Source: a virus
IMG/VR virus record: IMGVR_UViG_3300045988_152944
Length of the DNA: 64,000 nt
Reading direction: 5' to 3' (one strand)
Shown here: piece after piece, positions 8,376-18,332 of the stretch
How positions within the stretch are numbered: the stretch's first letter is position 1
Layout of the letters: every line of letters begins with the position of its first letter
The notes under the pieces: generated by a model
What the model saw: the letters and a program-made list of their open reading frames with translations, nothing else
Told to the model about the DNA's origin: nothing
The model's database searches: none
Made by a program: the position numbers and the translations under genes

Positions 8376-9473
8376 TTATTGAAGATCGATACGACCAAAT
8401 TTCGAACCAACGATCGCCGAAACACCAACCCTCATTTGAATACGGATACCGTATCTCTTGTCAGTGGTTTCTTCGGGGATTCTTTCAACCGTCATCGAAG
8501 TGCCTTCGAAAACGATCTTAACAGGTTTGTACGCATCTGCCGCAACCAGATAAATCTTGTTATCGGGAACCGCGAGGTCAGCCGTCGTATTGATGGTTGT
8601 CGGAACGAGAGCGGGATCAACGGGAATCATTCTCGCGCCAAGGAATTTATCAAGATAGCCCTTGGAGAGATAATCTTCGCCAACAAAATATTGAAGGCCA
8701 AGGCCGTTAGCACCCGTGGTGTTGACTTTCATCAACGCACCAAGCGAACCAATTGCATAAACGGGAGCGCCACCGTTTGCCGCCGAAACTTTCTGAACAA
8801 GGCCGGTCCAGTTAGCGGGAGTGTAGCCGTTAGCAATATAACCAGCGCCCATCATATCGCCCGTGACCGAAGTCATAGCAGCAATAACTTTCAGGAAGAT
8901 ATATGCTTCGAACGAACGGCCAGCGCGGAGACCGAAGTCACCCCAATCGAACACACCAGCTGCGACTGCATACCAGTCAATAGCCGTTGCGATTTCGATC
9001 GGCGAGGGGTTAACCGTAACTTCGTTATCGAAGATGGGTTGCAATACACCACGGTTTACACCTTCTGCGATTTCGTTGACTTTAAAGAGTTCGTTAGAAC
9101 GGATAATGAAACGACCAGTGTCGCCCCAACCGATTTGACGAACTTCAGCAAGGAATCTCGAATAATCCGCACTGGTAACCGACGGAGCGATCGCGTTGAC
9201 CACTTCAGCGATAACAGCTTCGAAATTGCTACGAACGGTTTCGTTTTTCGTAATTTGAGGGTTTTTCATGCAAGCAAGGCCTTCCTGTTCGAATTTAGCT
9301 TCGAAACGGGTACCTTCAAGCGCGTATTTAACGATTGCTTCGTTTTGGAGTCTGAGGTCATCTTTCGAGGGCTCAGATTTTGCTTCATAATGAGCTTGAG
9401 CACTTTCAACGATCGAGCTGATAATTGCGTTGAAATTGTCGTCTTGACTATTAAAATTGAAATGTTCCATCAT
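8376..9473 (-). CDS. major capsid protein (HK97-fold type, putative)
   Basis: 365 aa. The gene order is portal, scaffold-like, 186-aa protein, then this gene. It is followed by a strong hairpin. The call rests on Gly/Ala-rich composition and position, with no database check. Confidence 0.55.
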   Translation of the reverse strand: MMEHFNFNSQDDNFNAIISSIVESAQAHYEAKSEPSKDDLRLQNEAIVKYALEGTRFEAKFEQEGLACMKNPQITKNETVRSNFEAVIAEVVNAIAPSVTSADYSRFLAEVRQIGWGDTGRFIIRSNELFKVNEIAEGVNRGVLQPIFDNEVTVNPSPIEIATAIDWYAVAAGVFDWGDFGLRAGRSFEAYIFLKVIAAMTSVTGDMMGAGYIANGYTPANWTGLVQKVSAANGGAPVYAIGSLGALMKVNTTGANGLGLQYFVGEDYLSKGYLDKFLGARMIPVDPALVPTTINTTADLAVPDNKIYLVAADAYKPVKIVFEGTSMTVERIPEETTDKRYGIRIQMRVGVSAIVGSKFGRIDLQ

Positions 9474-9492
9474 TGCTGTAGTCCTCCCTTAA

Positions 9493-10053
9493 TTAAAGTC
9501 CAACGACTTCGCAAAGATAGAGTTTGCCATTGGCCGACTGACCATAGTTGAAATCTTTGCCGAGGTGAATTTTGACATTGAGTTGACCCGCAGTAATAGT
9601 TTTTGCACCACTGTCTTTAAGGGTCGTTTTGTTTGCTTCGAGACCTGCGATGTTGCCAACGACAACAGCACCATCAAAGTTGCCTTCGCCAAGCCAGAAT
9701 CTGTCATGGAGAGCAAGTCTGCGAGCGCGAACAGGACGGCCAGCAGGTGCTACAAGGTCAAAAAGTTTGACGCCAATTCTGTAAGAGTTACCAGAGATAG
9801 CTCCTTCAGAAACGCCAGGATAATCGATAACGACAACTTCGTCGGTCACAGCGGCCGGCGCAGCAGCGAGATAAACGTTGTAATCTTTATCGCCAGCTGC
9901 AACATAAGTTTTATCGTCTTTGAGTTCGCCAAGTTTAACAAACGCGCCGTCTTCGATAGGAGCGTCGACGCCGTCAGCTTGGTATTGGCAGGAAATTACA
10001 TAGGACTGAACGTCTTCCGACATCATTTCAGCCGCTCTAAACACTTTTGCCAT
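9493..10053 (-). CDS. head-associated protein co-transcribed with the capsid gene (decoration or scaffold-like)
   Basis: ORF track; SD context with the conserved upstream box. Confidence 0.45.
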   Translation of the reverse strand: MAKVFRAAEMMSEDVQSYVISCQYQADGVDAPIEDGAFVKLGELKDDKTYVAAGDKDYNVYLAAAPAAVTDEVVVIDYPGVSEGAISGNSYRIGVKLFDLVAPAGRPVRARRLALHDRFWLGEGNFDGAVVVGNIAGLEANKTTLKDSGAKTITAGQLNVKIHLGKDFNYGQSANGKLYLCEVVGL

Positions 10054-10068
10054 AATAAGTTTTCTCCT

Positions 10069-10082
10069 TTATATAATTAAAT
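10069..10082 (-). promoter_or_regulatory. conserved box ATTTAATTATATAA (copy 2 of 2)
   Basis: Same 14-mer as 3693..3706, again directly 5' of AGGAGAAA and the ATG. Confidence 0.4.
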
Positions 10083-10108
10083 AAAATGTATTATTTTTCG
10101 TATGCTGA

Positions 10109-11569
10109 CTATTCTCTTCCAACATACAGTTTTAGTTTGTCCATAGCACTCATATTCTTCTCAGATTTGATTTCTACGGGTTTTGCGATAGGTGTGGTAA
10201 ACGTCTCTTTTTTGTGAGTTTTACTGCCCTTGTTCGCGTTAAAGACTGCCAATGCTACTTCTGCACGCAATGCGTCAGACGAAGCATACTCGCCACGTGC
10301 GCACTTATCGAAAATCGCATCACATTGCTCTTTATTGACGTTTTCGTCGTCCAAAAGCTCGTGCGCTTCTGCCACACGCTTCTCGCACTCAATAGCAAAT
10401 AGCGCTTGGTTGGCTTTAGCGAGTTGTTCTTTGATCTCGTCATAATCGAAATATTTAGAATAAGCTTCTTCTTTTTCGGCCATCTTACACTCAAGCTCTT
10501 CAATGCGTTTCATAAGTTCGCAATTTTTTGCTTCGAGTTCGCCACATTTCATCAAAAGCTCTTCTTCTGGATTGGGGGCAGGTTCGCCTTCGCCTTCGGG
10601 TTCTCCCGAATAAGCAGGTTCTGCACCTTCTTCACCAGAGGGACATTCCGAATATGCAGGTTCAGGATTATCGGAACCTTTGTCGTCATCCGAATCGTCA
10701 TCATCTTGATTGTCATCTTGATCGTCGTCGTTATCGTCGTCCATATGGCAATCTTGACACTGAGCGTCTTCTTGTGCCGGTGCGACTGGGCAATCTTCTT
10801 GCGCCACTTCACCTTCACCAAAGTTGACAACTTGGGCTTCTTCCTGTAAAGTCAATTCATTGTCCAACTGCTCGCTATCCTCCTTATTAGATTTTTCGAC
10901 ATCCACTGCGTCGCCATCCAATTCTTTGTAAGCAAAACACAATGCCGTCTTCTGTCTGTTGAAAACCTCATTATCGATGATATCCAAGACTGACGCCGAT
11001 GCACCCTCGATACCTTCCGTAACTGGTTTCCCGTTTTTCGAACCTAATATAGTGATGCCCAGAAGTTCAAACTGGTTGATATATCTGATACCATCCCTAT
11101 CCTCATAGTCCTTTATATCGATCTCAACAGAAACTTTCTTTTTCTTATCTTTAAGCAGCCGTTTAATTTGAGGCAAAGCGTATTGTACCCACAGAGCGCA
11201 TGTAAGCACAATCCAATTTTTCCCCTTATTATCGGGCTCTATAGAGACAGAATCAGACTCTCTGATCAATCCTAATATTCTCTCACCATTGGGCATAGTT
11301 GTGTCCCAATAAGGTGTGTCGGTCTCGGAATCTCTTTTCCAAGTACCGTTGTGAGATTCAAAATCTTGCTCTTTTGTATTAAAATATCCCAAAATTGGTT
11401 TATTTCTAAAACTGGGAAGAGCACCCTGCATTGCTTCTAAAGAGAAGCTACTGTGATTACGATTTTCGCCTTCTGAAATAGCCTTCATCTCAAGTTGTAA
11501 GAAATTACTACCAAGTATTTTCTTTAACTTGATTCTATCGGCCTCAAGGCTAAACACCATTGGATTCAT
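10109..11569 (-). CDS. head scaffolding/maturation-like protein with a poly-Asp tract and a C-terminal coiled coil
   Basis: The track start is TTG; the ATG at 11569 is preferred. Contains DDDNDDDQDDNQDDDDSDDD followed by heptad-like ELEAKNCELMKRIEELECKMAEKEE. Sits between portal and capsid. Confidence 0.4.
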   Translation of the reverse strand: MNPMVFSLEADRIKLKKILGSNFLQLEMKAISEGENRNHSSFSLEAMQGALPSFRNKPILGYFNTKEQDFESHNGTWKRDSETDTPYWDTTMPNGERILGLIRESDSVSIEPDNKGKNWIVLTCALWVQYALPQIKRLLKDKKKKVSVEIDIKDYEDRDGIRYINQFELLGITILGSKNGKPVTEGIEGASASVLDIIDNEVFNRQKTALCFAYKELDGDAVDVEKSNKEDSEQLDNELTLQEEAQVVNFGEGEVAQEDCPVAPAQEDAQCQDCHMDDDNDDDQDDNQDDDDSDDDKGSDNPEPAYSECPSGEEGAEPAYSGEPEGEGEPAPNPEEELLMKCGELEAKNCELMKRIEELECKMAEKEEAYSKYFDYDEIKEQLAKANQALFAIECEKRVAEAHELLDDENVNKEQCDAIFDKCARGEYASSDALRAEVALAVFNANKGSKTHKKETFTTPIAKPVEIKSEKNMSAMDKLKLYVGRE

Positions 11570-11584
11570 ATAATTCAATCCCCC

Positions 11585-12298
11585 TTACTCTATTTCTTGT
11601 TCAACATGAGAAAATTGAAGGGCTCCAGAAATGCGTTGCGCTTTTTTACTCAAGCATAATTTTAGAGCTTCTTTATCCTCAGGCGTTTTCGCGTTAAATT
11701 CAGCCGCAATGAACCCTAACACAACATCGGAAACGTTGTCCACTAAAGCTTTGAAATAAATAGCATCGCTACCCCAGCACTTTAAAAATTGATAACTACC
11801 AGGGTTTCTATCTTTTATCGACTCAATATTATCAATATAACATTCGCCTTTTGTGGCTAGCTCATTATCTAACTCAATAAACAAAGCCCGCTGGACATTT
11901 TGATAATCCATCAGAAACGGCCTTGTTTGATTATCAACAGCCTCTGCCACAATACTACATTTGGAAAAATTACGCGCGTTTAGATATGTGCCGCCATTAT
12001 GATATGCTACACAAAAGGCACGATTTGCGCCATTATCCCGAACGATTGCATTTAATTGAGATTTAATGTAGGTCGTAACCTTACGATTGTCGGCCTCTTC
12101 TGTTGGGCTATGTTTTTTAGAATCGTGTATGGCGAGTTTAATGCTCGAATCGATAAGATCTGTTAGGCGTTTCTCCTGTTCTTCTGCAGCACGATTTTGA
12201 CGTTTTTGCATAGCTAAAAGCAGCCATAAAAGAATTCCCATAAGAACAGGATAAATACCATATTCAATAATTAATTTTACAATTTCTCCAGGACCCAT
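11585..12298 (-). CDS. membrane-anchored hypothetical protein
   Basis: N-terminal hydrophobic helix YPVLMGILLWLLLAM; GAGGTG upstream. Confidence 0.5.
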   Translation of the reverse strand: MGPGEIVKLIIEYGIYPVLMGILLWLLLAMQKRQNRAAEEQEKRLTDLIDSSIKLAIHDSKKHSPTEEADNRKVTTYIKSQLNAIVRDNGANRAFCVAYHNGGTYLNARNFSKCSIVAEAVDNQTRPFLMDYQNVQRALFIELDNELATKGECYIDNIESIKDRNPGSYQFLKCWGSDAIYFKALVDNVSDVVLGFIAAEFNAKTPEDKEALKLCLSKKAQRISGALQFSHVEQEIE

Positions 12299-12306
12299 AA
12301 TTCACC

Positions 12307-12810
12307 TCATTCGACGATGGGAATGAAGTGCGTATAATCGCTAAAGTGAATATCAAAATGGTACGCCGGCACGGTTTTGACAACCTGAAGCCACTCGTCT
12401 GATTGTTTTACATAATTCAACAATACACCGTTAAGCAAATTTTCTCCAAAAATTCTGATGTCCACGTCATCCGACATATCCGCCAAATCTACGATTTCCT
12501 TGCACTTCTCAAAAACCTTATTAACGGCAGCCGAATTGACAACCATCATTAGTTCCAGATTATCATACTCTTCATTTGCTCCCTCTACAGGTAGCCTAAT
12601 TGGTCTCGCGTTTAATTTGAGCATTTCGTCGCTAATCATATCTGCCACTTGACCCCAAGCGTGCGCATAACTGTGATGGAATAACTCTGCTGAATGATTA
12701 TAATACAGATTTGCCATATTATAATATATGTTATCAGCAACAGCATTCATCTCAAAACACATCTTAACCAGCTCATTTAACGCATTGTAAGTTTCTTCAT
12801 GAATTTTCAT
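12307..12810 (-). CDS. hypothetical helical protein (weak ferritin/Dps-like pattern)
   Basis: ORF track; AAGGAGG upstream. The pattern LNELV..H..YAHAWGQVADMISDEMLKLNARP resembles a Dps helix pair, but this is a low-confidence call. Confidence 0.3.
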   Translation of the reverse strand: MKIHEETYNALNELVKMCFEMNAVADNIYYNMANLYYNHSAELFHHSYAHAWGQVADMISDEMLKLNARPIRLPVEGANEEYDNLELMMVVNSAAVNKVFEKCKEIVDLADMSDDVDIRIFGENLLNGVLLNYVKQSDEWLQVVKTVPAYHFDIHFSDYTHFIPIVE

Positions 12811-12822
12811 GCGTGATCCTCC

Positions 12823-14781
12823 TTAAGTTTCACTGTGCTCTTCAAGATACGTCTCTCGACACTCGTCACATAGAACATCGTCGTCGTCATCTAGTTCTGC
12901 CCCGCAAATTGCACACCGTTTTGCGGCATATACATCTTTGTTTTCACTTGTATTTTCACCTTTCTCGCGTGACGCAGCAGTTTCATCAGACTCTATATCT
13001 TCGTCTTCTAATGCAGGACGACCAACTTTCTTAATTGAACCGTCTTCGTTAGTGTTTGAATCGGCTGACTTCGTTTGTTGTGCGCTTAACTTTGAAGCCG
13101 CAACTTGAGTAAGCGTAGTCAAGTTATTATAAAACCCGATTGCATCTAAATACAACTCGGCAGCCTTAGAATCTTTAACCGTAATGTCCTCATAAGCAAG
13201 CAATTTAGGCACAAGTCCCTTCATACCTGCGGTGACAAGCTCTTTAAGATATTTCTTCTGATTTTGTTCAGAGAAAATATCCCCAAAGATGTCCACTTTC
13301 CATTTATAATCGGCACCTATACATTCTTGGACAATATTGTTAAGTGCTGATTTAAACTGTTTCACCACAAAATCATATTGAGCCGCCGAAAGCATATTAG
13401 CAGTTTTTACCTGCGCAATGCTCGGTTTTTCGGTAGCGATAATATTGCCACCTTCGCCCGCGACACTAATAAAGTTTGAAACCGCTTTAGTCTTAATGTC
13501 ACTACTATTAGGAACGTTGTTAAGGCTTTGTAATTTTAAATTCTTCAACGGCGCAAAGAACGCTTCCGTATTGGTGCTCGTCATACTGTTAAACAAGTTT
13601 TGGAATTTTAAAACCGTTTCAGGGTTCATTGCCGTCTGATCACGACCAGTTGAAGGGTTAGGAATCAGCTCAATTTCGCCCGTCAGTAGCGACGTCAAGG
13701 GCGTACTAGCAATAAGCCCTGCCAGTACCGAGTAATCCGTCAATTCTTGCAAATCCATAAAGAGACCTGCTGTATCAGGCGCTGCGGTAGCTGTAGAGGT
13801 GTCGCTACAGAAAGTATAACACAAATCTTGAGGTAATTGGACCCAGAACATATATGTCCTTTTTTCGGTCCTCTCTAGCAATGTGTCATAAGAATTACCA
13901 TCATCATCTACGAACGCATAATTGGCCGCTTTCGCAATGTCCAATTTGTATGACTTTTTCTTAGGATCGAAGACTGCAATTTTATTGTTGATCATATCAC
14001 TCCACACTCTTTGAATAAAAGCAGGGTATTGATCAGGAACAAATGCTGGATTCATAAAGACCATTAAATTAAAACTTGCTACAAAACCATGTTCCCCAAT
14101 TGCCGTAAGTTTGACAAATTGTGGCGGAAGTTTTTGCAACGCCGCATAATCTACAATCTTTTTACCACCTTTTTTTGTCACATGACTACGCAACAAATAA
14201 CTCGGCTTACCTTCGCGTTTCACTTCAATCGCAATGCGTTTAAAAGTGTTCACTATATCGAATTTTTCGAGCCACTCGTCCACAAAGTCGTCATCTTTTT
14301 TGAATTTTTCCGTTTTATATTCAGATGCTTCTAAAAAAGGCGGATATTTAACATACTTCATTAGAGGGATATCGCCCGCTTGACGAAGTATTTTATAATA
14401 CAAATACTGGCTTGACGACAATGAAGCCGCTGCCCCACGAATATCTTCCTCGTGGAATTGAGGATTTTTTAACGCATTGATAATACTATCTTTGCTCATC
14501 TCAATTGGCAGACCTGCCAACGTCTTCAATCGTGTATTTTGTAAAAATGGATTATATTGATTTAAATTATAAATACCTTGACCAAGAACACTGTTGGAAT
14601 CAACATCTCCTAAAAACCGATTAAAGAAATCCGTGCATCCTTGCAACACATCTTTAACTTCGGCCCCAGCGTCTCCTGTCGTCATCAACAACTTGGAGTC
14701 TTGCGGTTGTTCTTGTTCTGTAATGGGAATTTGTTTCTTTGGACGGCCACCTTTGTTTGTGGTCTTATTGGCTTCACCCAT
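12823..14781 (-). CDS. portal protein (putative) with a C-terminal CxxC-N10-CxxC zinc ribbon
   Basis: 652 aa, downstream of the large terminase. C-terminus is CAICGAELDDDDDVLCDEC. Confidence 0.5.
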   Translation of the reverse strand: MGEANKTTNKGGRPKKQIPITEQEQPQDSKLLMTTGDAGAEVKDVLQGCTDFFNRFLGDVDSNSVLGQGIYNLNQYNPFLQNTRLKTLAGLPIEMSKDSIINALKNPQFHEEDIRGAAASLSSSQYLYYKILRQAGDIPLMKYVKYPPFLEASEYKTEKFKKDDDFVDEWLEKFDIVNTFKRIAIEVKREGKPSYLLRSHVTKKGGKKIVDYAALQKLPPQFVKLTAIGEHGFVASFNLMVFMNPAFVPDQYPAFIQRVWSDMINNKIAVFDPKKKSYKLDIAKAANYAFVDDDGNSYDTLLERTEKRTYMFWVQLPQDLCYTFCSDTSTATAAPDTAGLFMDLQELTDYSVLAGLIASTPLTSLLTGEIELIPNPSTGRDQTAMNPETVLKFQNLFNSMTSTNTEAFFAPLKNLKLQSLNNVPNSSDIKTKAVSNFISVAGEGGNIIATEKPSIAQVKTANMLSAAQYDFVVKQFKSALNNIVQECIGADYKWKVDIFGDIFSEQNQKKYLKELVTAGMKGLVPKLLAYEDITVKDSKAAELYLDAIGFYNNLTTLTQVAASKLSAQQTKSADSNTNEDGSIKKVGRPALEDEDIESDETAASREKGENTSENKDVYAAKRCAICGAELDDDDDVLCDECRETYLEEHSET

Positions 14782-15187
14782 TGGTGCAATCCTCCTTTTG
14801 ATGTTTCGGTACTGCGATTAATTGGCCGGAAGCCAAGGCTTGGGCTAACTCAAGTTTAAGTGCCTCGATTTCCATTTTCTTCCGATATTTCTCGCTATTT
14901 AATTCGTCTATCGCCCGTTTGGTCGCAAGATTAGTAAAATACTCACGCGCCCAATCAGCAACGTATCCGCCCTCATTACAAAGACCGTCTTCTGTAATCT
15001 CCAAAATTACACAATCCGACACGCCACTGCGTTTGATAGCAGATTTTAATTTTTGTTTAGAACACTCTCCCAGTGTTTGGAAATAAATTACTCCTTTTAT
15101 TAGCATAAAAGAGCCCATTTTCCCAATTTTATCTAAGAGATTTTCTATATCAATCCCAGTATGATCGAAAATTATTTTACAGATCAT
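14774..15187 (-). CDS. hypothetical protein between terminase and portal
   Basis: ORF track; AAAAGGAGG upstream. Confidence 0.5.
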   Translation of the reverse strand: MICKIIFDHTGIDIENLLDKIGKMGSFMLIKGVIYFQTLGECSKQKLKSAIKRSGVSDCVILEITEDGLCNEGGYVADWAREYFTNLATKRAIDELNSEKYRKKMEIEALKLELAQALASGQLIAVPKHQKEDCTNG

Positions 15188-15207
15188 CCTTCTGCCTCCT
15201 TTTGCTT

Positions 15208-17079
15208 CTATCTTCGCCGCCCAAATGGATTAGTGAATCCATTAAACGGATTGGCGCTTTGTCTTTGCTTGAATCCTTGAGCAATTCGATTACTAAACAA
15301 AACATCCATATTTGTAGTTGGTTCGGCTGAACCTAAAATTTCTTCTCTTCGCAATTGTGCCAAGTGATGCGCCGCCAACACACAGGTGTAACATCTATCG
15401 TCGTGTAGCTTCCTGGATTTTTCTGGCGGCAAACCGTATTTCACATCGCCGCTAGGTGTTTTTGTTTTTACAATTGCTACAAGTTCTTCTTTCATAAGAT
15501 CAATTTCAAGTAGTGCTCGCAATTCTTCTTTTGAAAGTTCGTATTTTTCCCCATCTTTTTCCCAAACTCCGCGTTTGGGTACCGGCATTGGGAAAATTAA
15601 ATAATCGTTTATGATCATTTCTGCACATTCACTAAACATTGTTGTGCGCCACTTGCGCGGCTCAATGATTCGACAAACATCCTTAGCTTGTCTGAATTTT
15701 TCTGCCTGTTCTTTAGCTGTATCATCAGTTAAATCGATAATACCCGCGTGCTCGACCCCATCACGATCTGTCCAAGGAAGCATTAGATTGTCTGCATAAC
15801 TACGACCACCACCCCCAGAACCAGCGTCAACATAAAACATAACGTTTTCGTACTCGGGTGATTTCCCGTTATATGCTACAATGAGTTTGCGAATCCACTC
15901 TAATTGTTCGGGAGAACGTAAAGGCTTCTTATCGCCGTTTGGTAATTTTTCGATAAGGTTAATACCATTAACAATTTTACCCATCCATCCGCGTTTTTTG
16001 TCTTTCCAATATTCAACAATAAGCACAAAACTGTTGTCTTGTTGCAATGCGGGGTCAAAAAATAAACCATAATGGTGTTCTGGACCTTCTGATTTAAAGA
16101 TTGGTAAATAGTCTTGTTCGTTTCGTAAAATATCTTGTCGTTTTACTAACGCGTCAATACCACCCGTGTTATCGAATATGTTATAATACTCGCGCATTGC
16201 TCGAGACTCGTTGCTTTTTAATGCGTCATCGATCTCACTTTGTTTAAGCAATGGTGACATTAATTTTCCGTTGAGTTTCGGTGCAAGCGGAATATCACAA
16301 TTAATATCTGCACAAAAATATCCAGGTATACCCATCATCATATTGGTGGCACAAAGTTTATACATGGACCACAAATGGGTATTGATGTCTTCAGCTGACG
16401 ACGAGTAAATACACTGTGTTGGTATATCCTTTGGATAAACCGACGCATCAAAACCAGAGCCTGTTTTAAAATCACGGTTTTGCGCTGTAAAAGGTTCTGT
16501 TAAATCGAAAAAGGCTTGTGGAATCTTGCCGGCCTCGTCGTAGAAGTTAATATTAGAACGAACACCGACAACAGTCTCTGGTTTACCTACAAGCGCCCTA
16601 ATACGCGAACCGTTATAGAGATTACACTCATAACCCTTTTGGCTATGGGTAAACCCGTCGGTATTAGCATTGCTCTTGATGAGTTCATCAAAAAACACAT
16701 CTGTCGTGTTCAACAATGAAGCAATATTCTTTTTTGCAATATCTTCGATTTTCATAAAGGTGTCAAAAGACTGACGCCCCGAAACGTTCATGATATTTAT
16801 TTTAAATTGTGGGAACAAAACAGCCTTCGCCATTAAATACACCGCTCCCAAAAATGTTTTACCCGCGTTTCGTGAACATACCCAAGCGGCTTTTTCTGCC
16901 GTCCAGGTGCCCATAATAATCCACCGCTGATAATCCAACAATTGTATTCCAAAAATTTTTTCAATAAATCGAGTGGGATGCTTGCGGCCCCATTGAATTA
17001 ACCGATTATATCTTTCAAAACTTTCTTGTTTGCGAATATTTACTTCGTTATCTGTGAGATTCCCATAGACTGAAATCAA
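15208..17079 (-). CDS. terL: terminase large subunit
   Basis: 623 aa with a Walker A-like CSRNAGKTF near the N-terminus. The TTG start overlaps the upstream stop (TTGA). Position is upstream of the portal gene. Confidence 0.7.
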   Translation of the reverse strand: MISVYGNLTDNEVNIRKQESFERYNRLIQWGRKHPTRFIEKIFGIQLLDYQRWIIMGTWTAEKAAWVCSRNAGKTFLGAVYLMAKAVLFPQFKINIMNVSGRQSFDTFMKIEDIAKKNIASLLNTTDVFFDELIKSNANTDGFTHSQKGYECNLYNGSRIRALVGKPETVVGVRSNINFYDEAGKIPQAFFDLTEPFTAQNRDFKTGSGFDASVYPKDIPTQCIYSSSAEDINTHLWSMYKLCATNMMMGIPGYFCADINCDIPLAPKLNGKLMSPLLKQSEIDDALKSNESRAMREYYNIFDNTGGIDALVKRQDILRNEQDYLPIFKSEGPEHHYGLFFDPALQQDNSFVLIVEYWKDKKRGWMGKIVNGINLIEKLPNGDKKPLRSPEQLEWIRKLIVAYNGKSPEYENVMFYVDAGSGGGGRSYADNLMLPWTDRDGVEHAGIIDLTDDTAKEQAEKFRQAKDVCRIIEPRKWRTTMFSECAEMIINDYLIFPMPVPKRGVWEKDGEKYELSKEELRALLEIDLMKEELVAIVKTKTPSGDVKYGLPPEKSRKLHDDRCYTCVLAAHHLAQLRREEILGSAEPTTNMDVLFSNRIAQGFKQRQSANPFNGFTNPFGRRR

Positions 17080-18251
17080 GTGCTACTCTCCTGAAGCTCA
17101 GGAGCAAGCAGTTCCTCTATTTCTTCTGAAGGAATTCCTTTGCGTTTATATTCTTTAATAAGTTCAGCAATCAACTCTTGTTTACGCAAATATTCTTTAC
17201 ACATTCGCAAAGCCTCTTCCGCCTGCTTACGCGCCGCAATCTCTCTGCGTACAACCATTGCTTGTTCCTCAACCATTTGAGCGTAGTCAGAATCTGACAA
17301 TCTCAACTGTGCCATAATTGATTTTGCACTAATATCAGAACACTGTTGGATGCTTGAACTTGTCTCAATATCGTAAAGATTGGTTTTGCCATCGTCATAG
17401 TTGGTCTCTTCCATGTCACGCATAATACCTGACAGCGTACCAGCACCTCGACTCTTGGAGTTAGCATATTTTGCCGACAATCCGTGGTCTTTACATAACA
17501 TTGAAATATTTTTATTAACATCTGATTTCATTTTTCGCAAAACTTCCAAGTCTTTGGCGTTTTTTACGATGTCGTCAGGTGTTATAGATAATTTTGCAAT
17601 CGCCAAATCCAATCGGTCAATTTCCTCATAGTTAGTAACTATTTCAATTGCCGCTCTTTGACGCACCAAGTCATTATTTAAAGTCGGATCAATCATTTGG
17701 CTGAGTGAACGATACAACATTGAACGTTGTGATATAGGTTTAGATTCAAACGGGTCGTAACCAAAACTTTTTTTAATATCATTACGATTTTGTTTATCAT
17801 CTTCCGTAAGCTCGTCTTCACCCTCTTTGAAACTAGCCATCTTTATAAATACTGACCGGCTTAACTGTTTGCAAAAAGATTTATTACAATATTCTTCGTT
17901 TGTAAACAGAATCTCTAGATATTTATCTGGCATTATTTCAGTCGCATCCAATGATGTTGCCACACTTGACGCAAGTAAATCATCATAATACCAGTCATTG
18001 ATTGCGCAGAGCTGGAAAAGTGCCTCAAGATGGTCGTTTTCACATTCTGCTAATATTTTATTATATAATGCACGCGTACATTCTTTACATAATAAAGATT
18101 TGTGCTCTTTATCTTTCACGGTTCGAAGTGCGGATATTGTCCCATTGCTACCCCAAAATTCTTCGGGGTCCAGACTAGTCTTACATCCGACACAATATAA
18201 CTTTTGGGCTATTGTGCCAAAAGCTGATAAAATCTTCCTTTCAGTGGCCAT
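17076..18251 (-). CDS. terminase small subunit-like protein with an N-terminal zinc ribbon
   Basis: Start moved to the ATG at 18251 (AAGGAGG upstream). Translationally coupled to terL. Contains CVGCK..N33..CKEC. The call is by position only. Confidence 0.4.
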   Translation of the reverse strand: MATERKILSAFGTIAQKLYCVGCKTSLDPEEFWGSNGTISALRTVKDKEHKSLLCKECTRALYNKILAECENDHLEALFQLCAINDWYYDDLLASSVATSLDATEIMPDKYLEILFTNEEYCNKSFCKQLSRSVFIKMASFKEGEDELTEDDKQNRNDIKKSFGYDPFESKPISQRSMLYRSLSQMIDPTLNNDLVRQRAAIEIVTNYEEIDRLDLAIAKLSITPDDIVKNAKDLEVLRKMKSDVNKNISMLCKDHGLSAKYANSKSRGAGTLSGIMRDMEETNYDDGKTNLYDIETSSSIQQCSDISAKSIMAQLRLSDSDYAQMVEEQAMVVRREIAARKQAEEALRMCKEYLRKQELIAELIKEYKRKGIPSEEIEELLAPELQESST

Positions 18252-18332
18252 AAGCCCTCCTTGTGATCTACACACAACCACTCAAAAAAGCCCCCACAAC
18301 AGCGGAGGCTCTTTGAACAATATATCCTTGAA